Below, one piece after another: positions 58,254 through 64,000 of a stretch of DNA of 64,000 nucleotides. The stretch is taken from positions 32,001 through 96,000 of the IMG/VR virus record IMGVR_UViG_3300032319_000936; one strand, 5' to 3'. The DNA is from a virus (taxonomy: Duplodnaviria; Caudoviricetes). A model generated the notes under the pieces. It made no database searches. It had not been told where the DNA came from and saw only the letters and a program-made list of their open reading frames with translations. Each line of letters begins with the position of its first letter. The first letter of the stretch is position 1. The position numbers were made by a program, and so were the translations under genes.

Positions 58254-58550
58254 TTAGTTCAAGAAAGCTTTTATTTTTTCATCATATAGTGAGATTTCCT
58301 TAACTCCAGCTATTCTTTCCATCTCCAGCCCGTCCTTGAAAAGGATAACCGTTGGTATAGATCTTATACCAAGTTCTTTTGTTAATTCGGGATTTTCGTC
58401 AACGTTCACTTTATGAATGCCAGCTTTACCCTCGTACTTCTCTTGCAATTCTGAAATGACTGGTGTTAAAGTCCTACAGGGCGAACACCACTCCGCCCAA
58501 AAATCTACCAGGTGAACTCCTTCACCTATTTTTTCTTTTAAATTTTCCAT
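58254..58550 (-). CDS. trxA: Thioredoxin
   Basis: DFWAEWCSPC, KVNVDEN, IRSIPT. Confidence 0.9.
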   Translation of the reverse strand: MENLKEKIGEGVHLVDFWAEWCSPCRTLTPVISELQEKYEGKAGIHKVNVDENPELTKELGIRSIPTVILFKDGLEMERIAGVKEISLYDEKIKAFLN

Positions 58551-58562
58551 TGTTCTTATTTA

Positions 58563-58880
58563 TTAATATTGGAATCTCTGAACCTGGTCAATAGGATTCA
58601 GGTTAAGTTCTTTTTCCGGACTCATGATAACAGATATGCCGTCGGATAAGTCCATTTGTCCCTGCATAAAATCTTTCACATCATCTCTTAGATCCTTGCT
58701 GATACTTAGATCGGTCATACAGTCGTCTACGATAGTATCGTAATTTTGTTCAAAATCTGAGTCGTCTTTAAAATCAAATTCTGATTCGTTATTAGCCATC
58801 CACTCTTTAATCCTTTTTTGGATATCATCGGAAAGACTCATTTCCTCTAGAAAATCTTCGAATAATAGTATGTTTTTCAT
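58563..58880 (-). CDS. Acidic late protein with FxxF N-terminal motif
   Basis: MKNILLFEDFLEE; overlaps the stop of the RimK-like gene. Confidence 0.65.
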   Translation of the reverse strand: MKNILLFEDFLEEMSLSDDIQKRIKEWMANNESEFDFKDDSDFEQNYDTIVDDCMTDLSISKDLRDDVKDFMQGQMDLSDGISVIMSPEKELNLNPIDQVQRFQY

Positions 58881-60364
58881 TTCTTGTTCTTTTTTGATTC
58901 TTTGAAAAGAATTCCAGCGTGTGGCTCACCTTTAGATTCACCAGGGGAGTATTCATCTCTTGGCTCTTTGGTTGCTAGGAAAGCCTTATGTGGATTAACT
59001 ATAAGTCCTAGTCTTCTCATAAATGCTCTATTGACAAGAAATGGTGTGCTTTTCTCTGTTCTGTCTACTGGAGATACCCTTACGTTTTTAACTCTAACAG
59101 AGTTAAATTCTATATCTAGATGTATAATGGGTCTTTTATCGATATCAGATCCAACCTCCGCCATGCTGTATCCCATAATATCAGAGGTAAACTCTTTGCT
59201 GCCTATAGACCAAATTAATTTACCGCCTTTTTTTTCTATTTTATCTGCGTGTATAGTACAAGACTTTGCTCCATTACCTGTGTCGAATTTAGCAATCATC
59301 TCGCCTATTCCTGGTATCTTAATGTTCTCCAGGTACCCAACCTCTAGATTAGAGAATGTCCAATTTGATTTCTTAGTGACATATTCTATAACGTCATTAA
59401 CAATAGGCTTATCTATGGCCTTAGAAATACCTTCAGTTCCAGGGGAAGCATTAACTTCCAAAATATAAGGTTTCCCTGTTTTGCTATCGATCATGATATC
59501 AACACCACACCAGTGACAGCCAACTGCAGTAGCAGCTTTAATCGCCATTTCAGTAAGGTCGTCGTCTATCTCATATTTAGAAACTGATCCACCTAGAGAA
59601 TAGTTGGTTCTAAAATCCCCTTTAACTGCAGATCTTTTCATAACCCCTAGAATAACAGCATTATCGTCCTCGGGATCCAAAGCATTAAGCTTTTTAACAA
59701 GTACCTGTATTCTTAAATCGAAATCTGAATCAATTTTCTCTTGTAATAGGATCTCACTAGTTGGGTTTAATTTCTTGATTGTCTGGTAAACCGACTTAAG
59801 TGATGAATATGAATCAACCAAAGAAACCCCTATCCCTTGAGATCCGGAAAGCAATTTCATAACAATCGGGAATTTACCACCAACCGATTCTAGAGCAGCG
59901 TCCAAAGATTTCTCATCTGGAACCAGTGCAAACTTAGGAACTGGGAGATCCTGTGATTCCATTATTTCACAGGTGGTGAATTTATTCTCACAAGCTAATA
60001 TTGAATCTAGTGTGTTCACGCAGAAGTATCTAGCATCTTCCAATGCTTTCATAACTGAAATAGTATGTGAGTTATTAATAACTCCCCTTCTTGGTATGAT
60101 GGCTGTTGTATTTGGATCTATAGAAACTTTAACATTGTTAGCTATGTCCTCAATTACGTGTCCATTATAGACCTTTTTGATTCTAGCATTATTAACATTT
60201 ATAACATGACATTCTATATCCCTATCGGAGCATACCTTCATAAATTGCTTTGATGTCTTGCTTGGCTTCGCTGTGCCTGATAATATAACAACCTTAACTG
60301 GGCTGTTACTGGCTGACTCGTTTAAGAAGTTGCCAAACCTAAGGATTCTCTCGGTGATAAGCAT
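58877..60364 (-). CDS. RimK-family ATP-grasp ligase fused to a retropepsin-like (RimB-type) protease
   Basis: NKF, FPIVMK..SGSQGIGV, LLQEKI..DLRI, DFRTNYSLGG, GVDI, LEVNASPG; C-terminal AKFDTGNGA...LVNR. Confidence 0.85.
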   Translation of the reverse strand: MLITERILRFGNFLNESASNSPVKVVILSGTAKPSKTSKQFMKVCSDRDIECHVINVNNARIKKVYNGHVIEDIANNVKVSIDPNTTAIIPRRGVINNSHTISVMKALEDARYFCVNTLDSILACENKFTTCEIMESQDLPVPKFALVPDEKSLDAALESVGGKFPIVMKLLSGSQGIGVSLVDSYSSLKSVYQTIKKLNPTSEILLQEKIDSDFDLRIQVLVKKLNALDPEDDNAVILGVMKRSAVKGDFRTNYSLGGSVSKYEIDDDLTEMAIKAATAVGCHWCGVDIMIDSKTGKPYILEVNASPGTEGISKAIDKPIVNDVIEYVTKKSNWTFSNLEVGYLENIKIPGIGEMIAKFDTGNGAKSCTIHADKIEKKGGKLIWSIGSKEFTSDIMGYSMAEVGSDIDKRPIIHLDIEFNSVRVKNVRVSPVDRTEKSTPFLVNRAFMRRLGLIVNPHKAFLATKEPRDEYSPGESKGEPHAGILFKESKKNKK

Positions 60365-60379
60365 TCAGAATTTTTTCTT

Positions 60380-60679
60380 TTATATATCAGCGCTGGGTAT
60401 GATATCCTTTTCAATTAAAATCTTAATAGTGAGAACGTCAATAAGTGACTCTATCTGGTCGATCGTTTCGTCCTGCATTCCTTCTAGTATAAAAAGATCG
60501 AGTATCTCATAAAGCTTCTGAACTTTTTTTCCGTCGTTTATTTTGTCTGTTTTAACAAAGACTTCTTTGTTTGAAAATATGGTGAAGTACTCACTGGTCA
60601 CAGTGTCCTTATAGAGCTGCAAGTCCTCTGCAGACATTTCAAAATCTATCTCCTCTTCAAATCCCATTTTTTCTTTCAT
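60380..60679 (-). CDS. Hypothetical protein
   Basis: 99-aa ORF. Confidence 0.55.
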   Translation of the reverse strand: MKEKMGFEEEIDFEMSAEDLQLYKDTVTSEYFTIFSNKEVFVKTDKINDGKKVQKLYEILDLFILEGMQDETIDQIESLIDVLTIKILIEKDIIPSADI

Positions 60680-60849
60680 TTTCTATTTCCTCCTCGATAT
60701 ATCTAATCATTTGAAGGGATTCTGTGCTTCCCATTAAGCAGTCACTTTTGCCGACTACGTATTTTAAAAATTCACGATCGTCGTTAATCTCCTTTCGTAT
60801 CTCCATTAATCTATCGAGTTCAGGAAGATATCTTTTACTGAATCCCATA

Positions 60850-62526
60850 TTAAAAAAGAGGATTTATCATGAATAGGTTTGGACTTATAGGATTGTGTCC
60901 CATAGCTTCAATGAACCTGTTGATTGGGTCCAAAATCGTCTTGGTGAATTGCTGATCGTAATCGATCTGCGGCGCAAATTCATATGGGAAATTACCTTGA
61001 ACGAATGCAAACACGTTATTTTCAGCTGCAGATTTGGTTTTAACAAAGAAGAAATTAACTTTATCCGAACTTCTAATCATAGCATACTTGTCCTTAAATT
61101 TTGAATTATTCAGTAGATAGTTATGGTATGCACTTGCTCTAACGTGGATAGGACATCCCTTTCCAACTTCCAGAGCTGAGACATCATTCAAAACGAACTT
61201 CTCGTAGTTGTTAATCTGTATAGCTGCAGAGATATTCTGAGACTCCTGAGCTTTAAAGTCTTTCTTAATAGATTTAAGCTCTTGTACAAATTCCTTGATG
61301 CTGAACTTCTTACCTTTAGAGAAGATAAACTTTGTAAGATAGCTTAGTTTCTCCCTAACGAAAGGAGGTGTTCCACCCTTGATCATTTCAACACCGGTTA
61401 TCTTTAAATGGGAAAGAGGCTCCATATGGACTCCGTCTTCATACACAAGATTAGTAACGTACTTTTTCTTACCTAGGAATATACCATTTATAGCAAGTGT
61501 CTCTAACTCGAAATCCTGTTTATTTTCAGTACCCCATTTCTTTGAATAAATCTCGAAGCAGTTTTTTAGGTATCCCTTAAATCTTTTCTCGTTTATCTGT
61601 AGGATAAGCTCTTTCGGATCTCCCTGCCAGTCACAGGAGTTTACAACCTCTTCAAAAGCTACGTAATTGGAATTGTGAACCAATATATTATTAGCAAAGA
61701 ATGTCTGATTATCATATCCCTCTTCGTCTATTTCGAGATCGTATACATATTCACTATCGAATTCTCCTATCTGATCGCAAGATTTTATTCTTTCAAATTC
61801 GTATTTGTAACCTATTTCTTTATGTATTATATCGAGGTCTATGGACAAAATCCGATCCGTCTTGACATTTATTTCAGAAGGCTTTATATGGATCTTTTTA
61901 GAATCTCTAAATACTGTTATCGAATGATCATTCGTTACTATAACCTCTTTACCTGAATCTGTAACTATTCTCCACCTGGGTTTACTTACCTTGTGTCTAA
62001 TTATTCTTTTAATACCGGAGAATGTCACATCCTTCTTGTAATTCAATGCTGAAATCCCATATGGCTCGATAATTTCATTTCCCCTTTCGTCTACATTTAC
62101 ATCATAGGTCTTTGAGTACAATCTAAAAAGATCACCAAATTCAATTTCTTCTATATTATCTCCAGATTTCAATATTATTTTGGATGCTTGATCACAGCTG
62201 TCAGTGTCAGAATAAATTACGAGGGGCTTATGGACCTTTTTAACTTGGGTTATTCCTAATTGCTCATGAAGCTCGGTATCTAGATGCCAATGTTCTTGAA
62301 AATATCTATTTACAATCTTCTCAGAGAACTTAATCATATCCTGACCCTGTAAAGTAACGGCCTCAGCAACTTCAGTATTAAAGCAAACGAAGAAAGTATT
62401 GGCTAGAGCTCCGTAGATTGAATTCATCGTTAGCTTAACAGCCTGCTCCTCGTTCTTTAACTCGTTCTTTAAAGACGTAAGTTCCGTTATCTTATTCTCT
62501 ATCTCTTTGATTTCCGTCTCTGTCAT
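60850..62526 (-). CDS. Family-B DNA polymerase, C-terminal subunit of a split enzyme, intein-containing
   Basis: Starts just before motif B (KLTMNSIYG); YSDTD|SNY; KKKY; ITGVE...TP; no exonuclease or motif A in this ORF. Confidence 0.9.
   Translation of the reverse strand: MTETEIKEIENKITELTSLKNELKNEEQAVKLTMNSIYGALANTFFVCFNTEVAEAVTLQGQDMIKFSEKIVNRYFQEHWHLDTELHEQLGITQVKKVHKPLVIYSDTDSCDQASKIILKSGDNIEEIEFGDLFRLYSKTYDVNVDERGNEIIEPYGISALNYKKDVTFSGIKRIIRHKVSKPRWRIVTDSGKEVIVTNDHSITVFRDSKKIHIKPSEINVKTDRILSIDLDIIHKEIGYKYEFERIKSCDQIGEFDSEYVYDLEIDEEGYDNQTFFANNILVHNSNYVAFEEVVNSCDWQGDPKELILQINEKRFKGYLKNCFEIYSKKWGTENKQDFELETLAINGIFLGKKKYVTNLVYEDGVHMEPLSHLKITGVEMIKGGTPPFVREKLSYLTKFIFSKGKKFSIKEFVQELKSIKKDFKAQESQNISAAIQINNYEKFVLNDVSALEVGKGCPIHVRASAYHNYLLNNSKFKDKYAMIRSSDKVNFFFVKTKSAAENNVFAFVQGNFPYEFAPQIDYDQQFTKTILDPINRFIEAMGHNPISPNLFMINPLF
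61672..62199 (-). mobile_element. Mini-intein (176 aa, no endonuclease) in polymerase motif C
   Basis: Starts SCDQ after YSDTD; VTNDHS block B; YVYDLEI...FFANNILVHN followed by Ser. Confidence 0.9.
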
Positions 62527-62533
62527 TTGTTTT

Positions 62534-63316
62534 TTATTTAATTACAATACCAATTGCAATAGACGTGCTACTCTGCTGTGAAAATAAAACTAATCTGTTT
62601 TCATGAACATAGCAATCACAAGTTTCGGATTCCATATATGAAAGTTGTGTTTTGTAGATCTGTGAAGTAGCAACGTCACTATCAACTCTTATCTCTTCTG
62701 GCGAGATGCTGATTTTGTAATTAAAAGACTCTCCTTTAGCTCTAACCTCTTTGCTACTCACATCAAAATAAAGAAGTTCTTCCGCATTGCTCTCTAATCC
62801 GCATAATGAAACTATCGATGAAAAATCAGATTGGTAAATCTTAAATTGGGCAATAGTGTCTTCCTTAGAGTGAACCATATCCAAAATATTATCATCAACA
62901 TAAGATAGGAGGGATAAATCAGCGCATTTAACTCTGATGTGTAGGGATTTAGAGGTCAGAAGCACATCTGTAGCTACGAGGTTTCCCTCTAGAACCTCGG
63001 TCGAGATCTCCATGAAAACATCCTCCTCCGGTCTGAAATGCTTGAAGCAGTCCATAAATTTACCAACATCGATCAATCCGATTTTAACTCTTTCTTCCTG
63101 ACTTTTACCCTTAAGAATGTCCTTCCATGATACCTCACCTTCGAAAACTTCACCGAAGGCTAAGGAAGCAAATTTCATAACAGCTTTATCTGGGGTGTGA
63201 ACCTTACAGAAAAAGTTATCTGATGTTAGTTCTAGAAGCACGCTTCTATCTACTGTTTTCAACCTCTTAAGAAAGTTAATAAGATTGTTTGTACTTGTGA
63301 TTCTTAGTTTTATCAT
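62534..63316 (-). CDS. Probable DNA polymerase sliding clamp
   Basis: 260 aa directly upstream of the polymerase; N-terminal INFLKRLKTVDRSVLL and IGLIDVGKF resemble gp45-type clamps. Confidence 0.45.
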   Translation of the reverse strand: MIKLRITSTNNLINFLKRLKTVDRSVLLELTSDNFFCKVHTPDKAVMKFASLAFGEVFEGEVSWKDILKGKSQEERVKIGLIDVGKFMDCFKHFRPEEDVFMEISTEVLEGNLVATDVLLTSKSLHIRVKCADLSLLSYVDDNILDMVHSKEDTIAQFKIYQSDFSSIVSLCGLESNAEELLYFDVSSKEVRAKGESFNYKISISPEEIRVDSDVATSQIYKTQLSYMESETCDCYVHENRLVLFSQQSSTSIAIGIVIK

Positions 63317-63346
63317 TTTTTCCTTTTATAATTTTAGATGTTTAGT

Positions 63347-64000
63347 TTAAATGTTTTCGTCTAATTCCTGATCTTCCCCTTCTTTTTCTTCTGGCTCTTC
63401 TTCTGGCTGGAATATTTCTATTCCATCAATCTCAGTGGGCTCGAATAATGAGTTAGTCCGGATTAGAGGTTTAGTTATCTTTTTTAAAATCTTCTTTGCC
63501 TCTTTGTATTTTGTCTCCTGTTCTTTAACAGCTTTCTTATTCTCCGATATTGCCTTCCTGATACGGTCAATCTCACTCTTAGTCTCCTCTATGCTTTCCA
63601 CACTTAGTTTAACTGCTTCTATTCTCTGTAGCCTCGATGTTATTTTTGAATTATACACTGACAAGAACTGGGAGATCTCCGAGTTGCTTCTTTTCTTCTG
63701 TATCATGAAATTTAGAAACTTTAATTTAGCTTCTAGAAATTCTAGATCAGCTGAAAGATCCAGCGCATCTTTTTTCAGTCTTTTTAATCTTACCTCTTCC
63801 AGATGAGCCTTAAATTGATCCAGATATTCCTTTACGGATCCATACTCAACTACTCCACCATCTTTAACTAAAACGACATCCTCCTTGATTATAATCTTTG
63901 TAATCTTTGAAATATTATCGGAAACGTATTTAAATCTATCGTCGTCAATTCCTCTGAATGTAATTGTAAGATCACACTTAATCTGTGATTTATTTTCTAT
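63347..64000 (-). CDS. Probable type II topoisomerase medium subunit, C-terminal part (runs in from beyond the window)
   Basis: Frame is open from the window end: ...IKEDVVLVKDGGVVEYGSVKEYLDQFKAHL...LEAKLKFLNF...; resembles a gp52/GyrA C-terminal region. Confidence 0.45.
   Translation of the reverse strand: MENKSQIKCDLTITFRGIDDDRFKYVSDNISKITKIIIKEDVVLVKDGGVVEYGSVKEYLDQFKAHLEEVRLKRLKKDALDLSADLEFLEAKLKFLNFMIQKKRSNSEISQFLSVYNSKITSRLQRIEAVKLSVESIEETKSEIDRIRKAISENKKAVKEQETKYKEAKKILKKITKPLIRTNSLFEPTEIDGIEIFQPEEEPEEKEGEDQELDENI

Larger units (their letters stand above)
4090..60388. promoter_or_regulatory. Dispersed late-type promoter GATATATA/GATAAATA
   Basis: At 4090(-), 22256(+), 23373(+), 24791(+), 42785(-), 44204(-), 52442(+), 54146(-), 54220(+), 55117(+), 60381(-); precedes the tail fibre, endolysin and FxxF-motif genes; analogous to T4 TATAAATA. 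Confidence 0.75.

Noticed and set aside
1-64000. Stop-codon reassignment as seen in some large phages
   Set aside because: Known genes are full length in the standard code, and TAA, TAG and TGA all end genes.

Overview
This is a 64-kb piece of a large, AT-rich, T4-like (jumbo-type) phage genome. Most genes are short, densely packed and on the minus strand, and the standard genetic code fits. The host is probably Bacteroidota: promoters carry the TAnnTTTG -7 element, and there is a T9SS C-terminal sorting-domain protein, a Bacteroidota-style ECF sigma and a DUF2452-like gene. Structural, lysis and replication genes: a repeat-rich tail fibre, a GH19 endolysin, a stand-alone gp23-like capsid paralogue, a split family-B DNA polymerase with a mini-intein, a probable sliding clamp and topoisomerase II fragment, and a thymidylate-synthase-family enzyme with a dCMP-type Asp and an intein at its catalytic Cys. 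Counter-defence and host-takeover genes: a NAD+/ADP-ribose cluster (NAMPT-like, Prs-like, macro, NADAR, two NDT-like genes), RNA-repair genes (kinase, two HADs, RNA ligase, CCA enzyme, 2H phosphoesterase), ClpP, a tmRNA and two sigma factors. Notable signals read directly from the sequence: (1) two tandem covarying small RNAs with a conserved UUUCAGCAAA core between a DUF2828/TROVE-like (Ro60-related) gene and the tmRNA; (2) a 4.2-kb array of mini-genes joined by a repeated AAAACTAAATAACTATG junction, with shuffled KQTAVEW/AKxMEKEQ modules; (3) an N-terminal FxxF(I/L)xE motif resembling the T4 capsid-targeting signal on seven proteins behind GATATATA late promoters, including a RimK-protease fusion and a GDPD; (4) a duplicated convergent pair of a late cargo gene and an early secreted-protein gene; (5) a CG-N11-TAnnTTTG promoter seen 13 times. 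Family assignments come from motif recognition by eye; no searches were run.
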